Under the pieces are notes generated by a model that did no database searches, had not been told where the DNA came from, and saw only the letters and a list, made by a program, of their open reading frames with translations. A program made the position numbers and the translations under genes. DNA of 64,000 nt from Dipteris shenzhenensis (taxonomy: Eukaryota): the NCBI GenBank assembly GCA_047967505.1, contig CM106538.1. The stretch is one strand, 5' to 3'. The number at the start of each line of letters is the position of its first letter. The stretch's first letter is position 1. Below, piece by piece: positions 51,783 to 64,000 of this stretch.

Positions 51783-52410
51783 CACAACAACACAAAGCAA
51801 CTATAGACGTGCAAAATAGCGGGCGTGTCTATAGGCGTTGCTTGAGTAGAGGAATTACGGGCGCGTCTAATAGCACGTCTAATAGCTCGTCTATTTGCGC
51901 GTGCATTAACACGTCTATTTGCACGTTTAAACTGAGAAAATACGGGCCCGTCTAACATTGCGTTTATCAGCGCATCTATTTGCGCATGTATTAACACGTC
52001 TATTTGCGCATTTGAACTGAGAAAATACGGGCCCGTCTAACATTGCATTTATCAGCGCGTCTATTTGCGCGTGTATTAGGGCATTTATTTGCGCGTTTAC
52101 ACTGTGAATTAGACGCATATTTAGATGCAAACTAGAGAATACAGAAAGTGAGATTTTGGTGTACATCATTGCTTTCCAAACATTGCCCATGATTACCAAA
52201 GCACATAATTTTAACAAAAACATCAATGCTTTTTTGCAAGCCCACATATACAAGAATTAAGTGAGGTGAGGAGAATGAGACAATATGTAAAATAGTTTTA
52301 CCAATCAATCTCATCCTCAATGAGATCAACCCTTGCCAAACTATCTACTTTAAAATCCAAACAAGTGTTTAGATCTACAAATACATTCAACCCACTACTA
52401 CTTGTGCTAC

Positions 52411-55400
52411 TCATGTACTCATTGAAATCAGCATCACCAATGGTAGGCGAGTGGTAGGCTCGTCCTCACGGGTAATGGCCTCAATATCTGTATCTCCTAT
52501 CTCATGATCATCCTCCTCTCTTGTATCACGGTCATCATCACATCCATGGCCATGATCATCCTCCATACACTCCATATTAGTAAATGTACTATACATCACT
52601 TTGGAACATGGCATAATAGGTATGACATGCCACCATCTATTATTATCTACCATTGGTTGATAGACAACCTAATTCAAACACAAATACAATCATGTTATTT
52701 TTCTTGCATCAAATATTTAAAAGCGAGTATTTTTATATGTGTGCATAGTACCTGTTCACATTGTTGCGGTAGTACTAGTGTGTCCTTCCTACTTTGCCAA
52801 AACTTTGTGGAGTCAATAGTTACAAAGCCACTTGCATGGCGTTTGATTGTTGCATTAGGGCCTCTTTCCACCACGTCCTTAAACCACTTTACATCCAAAA
52901 CATACACAAAGAAGCGTCGAAATTCAAGCTTAATAATATCTTGGATTATGCCACAATAATCATCCATGGCTCCACTGGCTCCCTCAAAGCTAGCAATGAT
53001 GCCGCAATCTTGTGTGTTTCTCTTATCATCAATCCGTTGTGTTCAAAAATGCTTGCCCTCACACCATATAGCATTGAACATAGTGCACTACACTAAGAAA
53101 AAATCAATTAAATAAGCAATCTAAATTATTGAAAGCTCCTAACTTATGCATAACATTCTATATACCGACCTTGCTCATGCATCCCCTAGCATACTCCCAT
53201 TCTTCCATTGTGATATGCATCCCCTCGTCTTTCTCTGCTTTCTCCATTTCATCAAGTAGCCAATCCACATGAATATCCTTTGGAAGTGCTCTTAGATACT
53301 GAGGGTATGGCACATGAGATCCGTGGTGTGTACGAAAGAGGGCCCTTTCTTCTTGTCTTCTTGCCTTTGCATCCTCGTATCTTGTCACCCATCTTTTCAT
53401 CACATCACTATTAAGCATGCAATAGAGGTTGATACTTTGTTGCATCCTTTCCCTTGAGGCACAATAGAGGTCATCCTTAGGTCTTCCTCATCTCTCCATA
53501 GTCATGGGAGAGAGCTATCCACATCAACAAGAAACTCAGAAATATATACAAGTGACTCTTGTACCAACCAACCCTCGGCCATGCTACCTTCGGGTCTTGC
53601 ATTTTGTCTCACGAAGCCCTTCAAGGTCTTCATGAAGCGCTCAAGGAAGAACAACCATCGTGCATGTATAGTACCGCATATAGCAATCTCATCCACCAAA
53701 TGCACTATAAGATGTAGTTGGCTTGTGAGAATAGAACGTGGAAATGTCTCCTCCACTAAACAAACGACCTCCACTGACATAACTCGAGCATTATCAAGCG
53801 TGGTGGGATCTATTTCCTTTGAGCTCACATACCTAGAACTGAAAAAGTACATCATATTAGCAATATGCATTCAAAATTGCATGGAGCATTGATACGCATC
53901 ATATTTTGTATCATGTAAAGTACCTCACAAGCTCGCCCATCTTGTAAATACAATCTTTCATGTCCTTCGATGCACTACGTGAAATGCTAGTAGGTAGTAT
54001 GAACTGAACCCACGAGGAGGTGGTTGATTAGTTGCTTATAATTATTCACTCACAAATTTGAAAGGAAAAAGACATTATGCACATAAAATACTTACTTGGA
54101 GCATCTTGTGCCAATCATGAGATTTCAAGCCATATAATTGCTCTACACCTCTTTTTTTGCTCTTTGTAAAGGCTCCCTTCAAACACCTCATGCATCCAGT
54201 GGGAGTACGAATTGTAGTAATAGCACGCTTCACCGTCACCATCTCTAGCTTTGATAACCTCCATGGTGCACGAGGTAAAAAAACACACCCATTTGGTCTC
54301 TCTTGTGGCCAAGCTTCATGCATCCTCCCTGTGGTACGTAGATCCTCCCTTATGCCTGCGGAATCTCGTGTCGCATTCAAATGCTCCCAAATTGTAGATG
54401 CCACATTCTTGAAGATATGCATGGGATCAAGCAGGTGATTGATCTTGAGGTGGGACCAATATGGTAAATGATAAAAGATGGAGTATCTAAACAAAAGTTG
54501 GTGTTAGCGGGCAATCTTTATTTCCAGCCAATATAGCACACAATAGTTACAAACCCTTACCGACTCATGCCAAATGGTGGAGGAGTCATGGAACCATCCC
54601 AAATTCTCATCCAATCTCCTGTTGTGAGTGATTGTGAGAGGACTTCATTCCAAGGGGCAACATATCTAGGATGATCAGGTGGGAGAAATCAATGGTGATT
54701 CTCATAGATGACCTTCTTCAATGCATCTGCCCGTGAGGCAACTAGTGAAGGACCAAACAGGACATGCATGGTAACCCAATGTAGTGAGACCTGAACAATA
54801 GATGCAATTAAGAGTTGAAGGTGGGTTTAGGGTGCCACATCCTTTGCCTATTCATAATTAGAAGTGCAATGCTTACTTGAACATTTGCCATAGCCTAGGA
54901 AGTCATGCATCATCCACATCAAGACTGCTCTGCAGTTGAAGTCTCATGATGAGGGAGGCCTACTCACATCATGCACCTCGATACCTCTCCAAAGTATCTC
55001 TAGCTCATCAATCAAAGGCTCCAAATAAACATCAGGATATTTGACTTTATGTTTCCCTAGAATTAGAAGAGACAGCATAACATGTCCTTTCTTTTAATAG
55101 CCATAAAGGGTGGAAGATTATAATTCACCAATATCACTAGCCATACATTGTAAGAGGTGCTTTTGAGACCAAATGGGTTCACACCATCCATACCCAATCC
55201 AAGTCTCAAGCTCGGGGGGGTCACTATGTATAAACCCTCTATATCACGTGCGTTCAAGGCCTATATTTAAAATCCCTTATCTGTAAATTTTTTCATTAAT
55301 AAAATGTACCCCTTTTCTATACAAATCTGTAAATTTTTTCCAAAACTATTTTAAATAGTCCCTTATGTATATTTATTTCTGTAAATTTTAGGAAAAAAAA

Positions 55401-56586
55401 ATATCCTTCTATTGAACTCACGTGATAAGGTTACATATGATGAGTGACCCCCCCGAGGTCTCAAGCTCCTAGGTTTTTCCTTGAAGCTTGGCCATGTGTC
55501 TTCAATATGCTTCCACGCAAGAGAGTTCATGGGAGTTCTCCACTTGCCATCGGTTGATCGATGGGAGGAATGCCATCACATGAGCTCTGCAATAGATTTG
55601 CACTTGAACATATGTTGGATGCGAGGGATTATGGGAAAATGTCGTAGAACCTTACGAGGCACGTGCAAAGTTTTGAGATCTGCTCTATATCTTGCCTCTC
55701 CACAAGGACACTCTCTTGCATCCTTATGTAGTCCACGAAACAAAACGCAATCGTTGACACATGCATGGATGCGCTTGTAATCTAATCCTCTAAGAGAGGT
55801 CAATTGTTGCCTTGCCATATCTCTTGAGGTCGGTAATTTATTCTCCCTTGGATGCATTTTACACAATAGCCTACACGTGAAGACCATAAATGAGGAAAAG
55901 CATTCGAGTAATTGACCCACTAGCATAATTCACCATGTTTGCAAAACAGACTTTAAAGCTTACTTGAGTAATGCATTTAAACTTGCATTGCTCCATCCAT
56001 AGATGGTTTGCAAGTTTAGTAACTCAAGAGAGGCACATAGAACAGAGAATGTGGACCCCTCAAATAGTGGAGTCGATGCTGCAGTAAAAAGATCATCCTG
56101 CTCCATGCTATCATCCCTCCCTTGATGGACATATAAATCCCGCACCATATCATCAAACACCACCTCCTCCATGGCTTCATGAGGTAATGGTGGAGGGCTA
56201 CTATCACCATCACTCCATGCATCCGTAACGGTCCCTCCTGAAGATTCCACCTCATATCGCCAACGCTTCGCCTCACAGCGAGCATAGGGCAACATATGCG
56301 GGTGTGGCACTGTATCTTGTATCAAATTAAAATAGGATCATAACTCAAACATATGAACACCCATAGGTATCTCAATCAACCTTAACTTACAAACCCTTAC
56401 CATGTTTATGGTCACATCCCATTCTTCATACTTTGAGATGTGATTGAGTGTAATCCTGCGTGCACGATACATGTTTCCTCGACATCGATCACACATACAT
56501 TTGATTTTTTGCTCCAACCACATTTTGTGATGGTGGATACGGAGGGATTCATCCTCACTGGAGCTACTTGTTGAAGATGAAGACAT
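52411..56586 (-). pseudogene. CACTA TnpD-like transposase, family B copy 1 (MITE-interrupted)
   Basis: KCMCDRC; IHACVNDCVLFR; LGLGMDGVNPFG; LDPMHIFKNV; GLKSHDWHKMLQ; HARWLFFLERFMKTLKGFV; YCGIIQDIIKLEF...VKWF...PQQCEQV (DUF4216). Confidence 0.92.
55211..55457. mobile_element. 247 bp MITE with 15 bp perfect TIRs and 8 bp TSD
   Basis: TIRs CTCGGGGGGGTCACT / AGTGACCCCCCCGAG; TSD GTCTCAAG (55203-55210, 55458-55465); empty site at 60124-60131. Confidence 0.95.
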
Positions 56587-57348
56587 CCTTCAAACAAACA
56601 ACCCAAAAAAATTTGCTTTTCTTCAAATATTTAATTTTAAACTCTATGGTGCATCTAAAGGCACGTCTAAAACCGCGTCTGTCTATTTTGTGGTGCACGT
56701 CTACAAGCGCGTCTAAAAGCACGTCTATCTATTCTGTGGTGCGCATCTACAAGCGCGTCTAAAATCGCATCTGATCTGTGTACTTAGACGTGTATATAGA
56801 TGCGCTATTAGACGCATCTATAGATGCGACTTTTAAATCTGCTTTTAGCGCGCTCGCTTTGCTTTTCTTCACATTACTTATACTTCGCACGGCTTGCTTG
56901 CTTCGCAATTAGTAGATCCACAGTTTCGATGCTTAAGAGGAAGGCACCTATCCAAGGTAAGTCTTTTTGCAGTTGATCTTTTTTGGAAGTTTGCTCTCTT
57001 TGGATTTGTACTTTCTCATATCCAAAAAACACATGATTTGGGTATCAGTGTTACATTTTTACGTCGGGCGCATGTCCTTTTCTACTTTTTAGAAAAGTCC
57101 ATCTGTCGGAGCGCATCTATAGGTGCATCTCAGAGCACGTCTAAAACGGCATCTACAGGCGCGTTTAGACACACGTCTCGTCTGTTTGCAAACACAGACA
57201 GTCGCGTCTATAGACGTGCTGTTATACACGAAAATAGATGCGCTAGTCAGATGCGTCTATAGACGTGCTTTGACAGTAATCCTCTCTTCCCTTCCCCTTT
57301 CTTCTCAGCTCATCAGTAATCGTCTTTTTTTCTTTTTTCCAGTTCATC

Positions 57349-58799
57349 ATGTGGCCAGGAAGCGCTTCGGGCTCACCTGATCTCCGAGAGTCTATTTTTA
57401 GGGACTTATATAACCTTTTAGGGCACCCTCCTAGTCCTGCGGAGTTATACGGTATATGACGAGTACTCTAAACACGCCCAGGAGTTGGACACTACAGACT
57501 CCAAACCACCCCACACTAGTTGAGATCACCCTAGCGGAGTCAGCACAGCCCAACCGACTACACAGCGCAGGCCCATCTCCCATGCCATCTTATGCCCCTT
57601 CCCCCATGCGACTATGCCCCTTCCGCCATGCCGTCTTATGCCCCTTCCCCCATGCCATTAGGAGGTCCTTCTATCTCGCAGAGCCATTGGCATACTCCTG
57701 TGCAGTCGAGACTCGGTTCTCCAGCTACGAGTGGTCCACGTAGTCCCGTGTAGTCTCCAGCTACGAGTGGCCAATGTACTAGCTCGACACGACACGGTAG
57801 CAAGCGTAGTAGCAGGGAGAGCGGTGGGGGATGCATGGTACAGTGCTTTGGGAGGAGTGGCGGTGGGGACGATGATGATTCAGATGAATTAGGCATGCCT
57901 CCGGGTGACGGTACGATATTCTATGACAGCACTCAGATAGGAGGCATCTTGATGGATGCACGGGGGAAGGACATCATGGCCTTCATGCGCTCTGTAATTG
58001 CTAACAATTATAGAGATTGCTTTATCCACTACAAAGACTAGCCAAAGAGGTTGGCTGATGAGACCTTCGCTGCTGTTCGCTCTAGGTATCCTAACCCCCC
58101 CAATCGCCAATTCATAGATAAATGGGCCAAGTCAAAGATTGTTACGATACTTGGCAATAAAAGATCTTCGCTTATTAAGAGGCAGGCACTAGTGGAGCTT
58201 GCCAGGCTCGAGGGAGGTTAACCACCAAGGGACCCGCCCCACACCGCTCACAAGCATGAGTGGAAGAAAGCAATGAAGTCAGCGAGGGAGGACCCCAGTC
58301 TGGAGCACGTGAAGCCACGAAGGATCTAGATGGAGCAATATGGAAGCGTGCATTTCGGAGCAGGGGGTGTTGATTCATGGGAGGCCCAATTTGTAAGTAT
58401 CGATCTCAAATTAGATTGCTTATGTAGTTTATTAGGAGGTTGTTTCTTTGTACTAATCCCTCCGCAAATTGTGTCGTCTTGTAGCTTGATATCGTGGGCA
58501 GATACCCTACTCCTGTCGAGATAGCCTACCACCACCACCATCACAGAAGAGATACATGGAGGCACTTCTATCATGACGGGTTGATTATTGAGGAGTAGTA
58601 TATCCAGGCTACTGGAGCGGCCCCCGAGGTATTTGAAAGTAAAGATTTGATTTTTCATACATTGATATATGTTGTCCCTTGTTTACAAGTCAATGCACAA
58701 GACGACGAGGAAGAAGACAAGGAAGGAGGCAGAGAAGGGAGCGCAGAAGGGAGCATAGAAGGGAGCGTGGAAGGGAGCATGGAAGGGAGCGAGGATTAG
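57349..58799 (+). pseudogene. CACTA family B accessory (TnpA-like) gene, copy 1
   Basis: Pro/Ser-rich N-terminus, RYPNPPN, VHFGAGG followed by a GTAAGT donor, acidic tail; same layout as the family A accessory gene. Confidence 0.75.
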
Positions 58800-58808
58800 T
58801 CATAGAGG

Positions 58809-61283
58809 ATTGATACGCATCATATTTTGTATCATGTAAAGTACCTCACAAGCTCACCCATCTTGTAAATACAATCTTTCACGTCCTTCGATGCACTATG
58901 TGAAATGCTAGTAGGTAGTATGAACTGAACCCACGAGGAAGTGGTTGATTAGTTGCTTATAATTATTCACTCAAAAATTTGAAAGGAAAAAGACATTATG
59001 CACATAAAATACTTACTTGGAGCATATTGTGCCAATCATGAGATTTCAAGCCATATAATTGCTCTACACCTCTTTCCTTACTCTTTGTAAAGGCTCCCTT
59101 CAAACACCTCATGCATCCAGTGGGAGTACGAATTATAGTAATAGCACGCTTCACCGTCGCCATCTCTAGCTTTGATAACCTCCATGGTGCACGAGGTAAA
59201 AAAACACGCCCATTTGGTCTCTCTTGTGGCCAAGCTTCACACATCCTCCCTGTGGTACGTAGATCCTCGCTTATGCCTGCAGAATCTCGTGTCCCATTCA
59301 AATGCTCCCAAATGGTAGATGCCACATTCTTGAAGATATGCATGGGATCAAGCAGGTGATTGATCTTGAGGTGGGACCAATATGGTAAACGATAAAAGAT
59401 GGAGTATCTAAACAAAAGTTGGTGTTAGCGGGCAATCTTTATTTCCAGCCAATATAGCACACAATAGTTACAAACCCTTACCGGCTCATGCCAAGTGGTG
59501 GAGGAGTCATGGAACCGTCTCAAATTCTCATCCAATCTCCCACGGTGAGTGATTGTGGGAGGACTTCATTCCAAGGGGCAACATATCTAGGATGATCAGT
59601 TGGGAGAAATCGATGGTGATTCTCATAGATGACCTTATTCAATGCGTCTGCTCGTGAGGCAACTAGTGAAGGACCACAAACAGGATATGCATGGTAACCC
59701 GATGTAGTGAGACCTGAACAATAGATGCAATTAAGAGTTGAAGGTGGGTTTAGGGTGCCTTATCCTTTGCCTATTCATAATTAGAAGTGCAATGCTTACC
59801 TGAACACTCGCCATAGCCTCGGAAGTCATGTATCGTCCACATCAAGACTGCTTTGCAGTTGAAGTCTCGTGACAAGGGAGGCCTGCTCACATCATGCACC
59901 TCGATACCTCTCCAAAGTATCTCTAGCTTGTTAATCAAAGGCTCCAAATAAACATCAGGATTTTTGACTTTATGTTTCCCTAGAATTAGAAGGGACAGCA
60001 TAACATGTCCTTTCTTAATAGCCATAGAGGGTGGAAGATTATAATTCACCAATATCACTGGCCATACACTGTAAGAGGTGCTTTTGAGACCTAATGGGCT
60101 CACACTGTCCATACCCAATCCAAGTCTCAAGCTCCTAGGTTCTTCCTTGAAGCTTGGCCATGTGTCTTCAATATGCTTCCACGCAGGAGAGTTCGCAGGA
60201 GTTCTCCACTTGCCATCGTGGGAGGAATGCCATGACATGAGCTCTGCAATAGATTTGCACTTGAACATATGTTGGATGCGAGGGATTATGGGAAAATGTC
60301 ATAGAACCTTACGAGGCACGTGCAAAGTGTTGAGATCTGCTCTATATCTTGCCTCTCCACAAGTAGGACACTCTCTTGCATCCTTATGTAGTCCACGAAA
60401 CAAAACGCAATCATTGACACATGCATGGATGTGCTTGTAATCTAATCCTCTAAGAGAGGTCAATTGTTGCCTTGCCATATCTCTTGAGGTCGGTAATTTA
60501 TTCTCCCTTGGATGCATTTTACACAATAGCCTACACGTGAAGACCATAAATGAGGAAAAGCATTCGAGTAATTGACCCACTAGCATAATTCACCATGTTT
60601 GCAAAACAGACTTTAAAGCTTACTTGAGTAATGCATTTAAACTTGCATTGCTCCATCCATAGATGGTTTGCAAGTTTAGTAACTCAAGAGAGGCACATAG
60701 AACAGAGAATGTGCACCCCTCAAACAGTGGAGTCGATGCTGCAGTAAAAAGATCATCCTGCTCCATTTTATCATCCCTCCCTTGATGGACATATAAATCC
60801 CGCACCATATCATCAAACACCACCTCCTCCATGGCTTCATGAGGTAATGGTGGAGGGCTACTATCACCATCACTCCATGCATCCGTAACGGTCCCTCCTG
60901 AAGATCCCACCTCATATCGCTGACGCTTCACCTCACAGCGAGCATAGGGCAACATATGCGGGTGTGGCACTGCATCTTGTATCAAATTAAAACAGGATCA
61001 TAACCACTGCATCTTGTATCAAATTAAAACAGGATCATAACTCAAACATATGAACACCCATAGGTATCTCAATCAACCTTAACTTACAAACCCTTACCAT
61101 GTTTACGGTCACATCCCATTCTTCATACTTTGAGATGTGATTGAGTGTAATCCTGCATGCACGATACATGTTTCCTCAACATCGATCACACATACATTTG
61201 ATTTTCTGCTCCAACCACATTTTGTGATGGTGGATACGGAGGGATTCATCCTCACTGGAGCTACTTGTTGAAGATGAAGACAT
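58809..61283 (-). pseudogene. CACTA transposase family B copy 2, 3'-truncated at the duplication junction
   Basis: Highly similar to 53888-56586; lacks the MITE; lacks most of DUF4218 and DUF4216. Confidence 0.9.
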
Positions 61284-62569
61284 CCTTCAAACAAACAACC
61301 CAAAAAAATTTGCTTTTCTTCAAATATTTAATTTTAAACTCTATGGTGCATCTAAAGGCACGTCTAAAACCGCGTCTGTCTGTTTTGTGGTGCACGTGTA
61401 CAAGCACGTCTAAAACCACGTCTGTCTATTCTGTGGTGCGCATCTACAAGCGCGTCTAAAATCGCGTCTGATCTGTGTACTTAGACGTGTATATAGATGC
61501 GCTATTAGACGCATCTATAGACGTGGCTTTTAAATTTGCTTTTAGCGCGCTCGCTTTGCTTTTCTTCACATTACTTATACTTCGCATGACTTGCTTGCTT
61601 CGCTATTAGTAGATCCACAGTTTTGATGCTTAAGAGGAAGGCACCTATCCAAGGTAAGTCTTTTTGCAGTTGATCTTTTTTGGAAGTTTGCTCTCTTTGG
61701 ATTTGTACTTTCTCATATCCAAAAAACACATGATTTGGGTATCAGTGTTACATTTTTATGTCGGGCGCATGTCCTTTTCTACTTTTTAGAAAAGTCCGTC
61801 TATTGGAGCGCATCTATAGGCGCATCTCAGAGCACGTCTAAAACGGCATCTACAGGCGTGTTTAGACACCTGCATGCATCTATAGACGTGCTATTAGACG
61901 CATCTATAGACGCAACTTTTAAATCTGCTTTTGGCGCGCTCGCTTTGCTTTTCTTCACATTACTTATACTTCGCGCGGCTTGCTTGCTTTGCTATTAGCA
62001 GATCCACAATTTCGATGCTTAAGAGGAAGGCACCCACACTTACTTCCAAGCTTACACTTAAGAGGAATGCACCCACACTTACTTCCAAGCTTAAAGGAGA
62101 AGAGGGCGAACAAGGAAGAGAAGCAACTTGAGAGCAACTTTGAAAAAGGAGAAGAGCCTTCCATACCTCTATCCAAGGTAAGTCTTTTTGCAGTTGATCT
62201 TTTTTGGAAGTCTTCTCTCTTTGGATTTGTACTTTCTCGTATCCAAAAAACGCATGATTTGGGTATCAGTGTTACGTTTTTGTGTCGGGCACATGTCCTT
62301 TTCTACTTTTTAGAAAAGTTCGTCTATCAAAGCGGGTCTATAGGCGTGTCTCAGAGCGCGTCTAAAACTGCATCTACAGGCGCATTTAGATGCGTGTCTA
62401 GGATGTTTGCAGACACAGACAGTCGCATCTATAGACGCATTGTTATACATAAAAATAGACGCGCTAGTTAGACGCATCTATAGACGCGCTCTGACAGTAG
62501 TCCTCTCTTCCCTTCCCCTTTCTTCTCAGCTCATCAGTAATCATCTTTTTTTCTTTTTTCCAGTTCATC

Positions 62570-63592
62570 ATGTGGCCAAGAAGCGCTTCAAGCTCACCTA
62601 ATCTCCAGGAGTCTATTTTTAGGGACTTATATAACCTTTTAGGGCACCCTCCTAGTCCTGCGAAGTTATACGGGTATATGATGGGTACTCTAAACACCCC
62701 CCAAGAGTTGGCACTACATACTCCAAACCACCCCACACCAGCTGAGATCACCCCAGCGGAGTCAGCACAACCCAGCTGGCTACACAGCGTGGGTCCATCT
62801 CCCATGCCGTCTTATGCCCCTTCCCCCATGCTGTCTTATGCCCCTTTCGCCATGCCGTCTTATGCCCCTTCCCCCATGCCGTCAAGAGGTCCTTCTGTCT
62901 CACAGAGCTATCGGCGTACTCCTGTGTAGTCGAGACTCGGTTCTCTAGCTACGAGTGGTCCACGTAGTCCCGTGCAGTCTCCAGCTACGAGTGGCCAGCG
63001 TACTAGCTTGACACGACATGGTAGCAGGCATAGTAGCAGGGAGAGCGGTGGGGGATGCATGGCACAGTGCTTTGGGAGGGGTGGCAGTGGGGATGATGAT
63101 GATTTAGATGATTTAGATGTGCCTCCAGGTGATGGTACAATATTCTATGACATCACTCAGATAGGAGGCATCTTGATGGATGCACGGTGGAAGGACATCA
63201 TGGCCTTCATGCGCTCTGTAATTGCTAACAATTACAGAGATTGCTTTATCCACTACAAAGACCAACCAAAGAGGTTGGCTGATGAGACCCTCGCTGCTCT
63301 TTGATCTAGGTATCCTAACCCCCCCAATCGCTAGTTCATAGATAAATGGGCCAAGTCAAAGATTGTTACGATACTTGGCACTGAAAGATCTTCACTTAAG
63401 AGGCAGGCACTAGCGGAGCTTGCCAGGCTCGAGGGAGGTCAGCCACCAAGGGGCCCGCCCCACACCACTCACAAGCATGAGTGGAAGAAAGCAATGAAGT
63501 CAGCGAGGGAGGACCCCAGTCTGCAGCACGTGAAGCCATGAAGGATCCAGATGGAGCAATATGGAAGCGTGCATTTTGGAGCAGGGGGTGTT
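62570..63592 (+). pseudogene. CACTA family B accessory gene, copy 2, truncated
   Basis: Collinear with 57349-58372; homology stops after GCAGGGGGTGTTG. Confidence 0.75.
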
Positions 63593-64000
63593 GTAATGCT
63601 AGCTACTCTTTTTTGTACTTAAAGCCACTGGCTTGGCTTCGTGCCTCTTGTATATACACTCCTCTTATTTTTTGTACTTGAAGCCACATGACGTGGCTTA
63701 GCTTTGTGCTATATGTACATACAAGCACTTTTTGAGCTTTGAATTTTATTGTGTTTTGGAGTTGTAATGTTTTATTTGGAATTGTAATTAAAATGCGGTT
63801 GGCTATAAGAATTGAATTACACAATGTAAAAATGGGATTCTTGTAACTATATAGCATACACAACATACATAGCATTCTGTAAATTTTAAAAAAAATATTA
63901 TAAAGCGTGTCTATCAGTGCATCTATATACGCGTCTGTCTGTTCGAGAAGCGTTTATTTGCGTGTCTATAAACGCATTTATAAAACCGTTTAAAAACACG

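Larger units (their letters stand above)
51783..64000. mobile_element. CACTA (En/Spm) transposon family B with internal ~4.9 kb tandem duplication; runs off the window
   Basis: Left end CACAACAACAC with GCGTCTAT subterminal repeats (51800-52130); two transposase plus accessory gene units; subterminal-type repeats resume at 63900-64000. Confidence 0.88.

Overview
Eukaryotic, land-plant-type, transposon-dense region. Spliceosomal introns, tRNA-Met primer-binding sites and plant CACTA/hAT/Copia/LINE domains are present; a non-seed plant is possible but cannot be shown from sequence. Only one probable intact host gene is visible: a two-exon TPD1-like secreted Cys-rich peptide (10076-10648). The rest comprises: (1) a truncated Copia at the start; (2) two or three copies of an hAT-associated module, with BED-DUF659 transposase, a second gene with two BED fingers, and adjacent decayed protein-kinase and RING-H2 genes that may be cargo; (3) a LINE fragment; (4) two CACTA/En-Spm families, each with transposase and TnpA-like gene head-to-head, one holding a 2.7 kb palindromic satellite and the other apparently ending in CACAAC rather than CACTA; (5) a three-level nest of LTR retrotransposons, the innermost with identical LTRs; (6) a MITE whose empty site is present in a tandemly duplicated copy. 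Domain assignments are from motif recognition by eye; no database searches were run.
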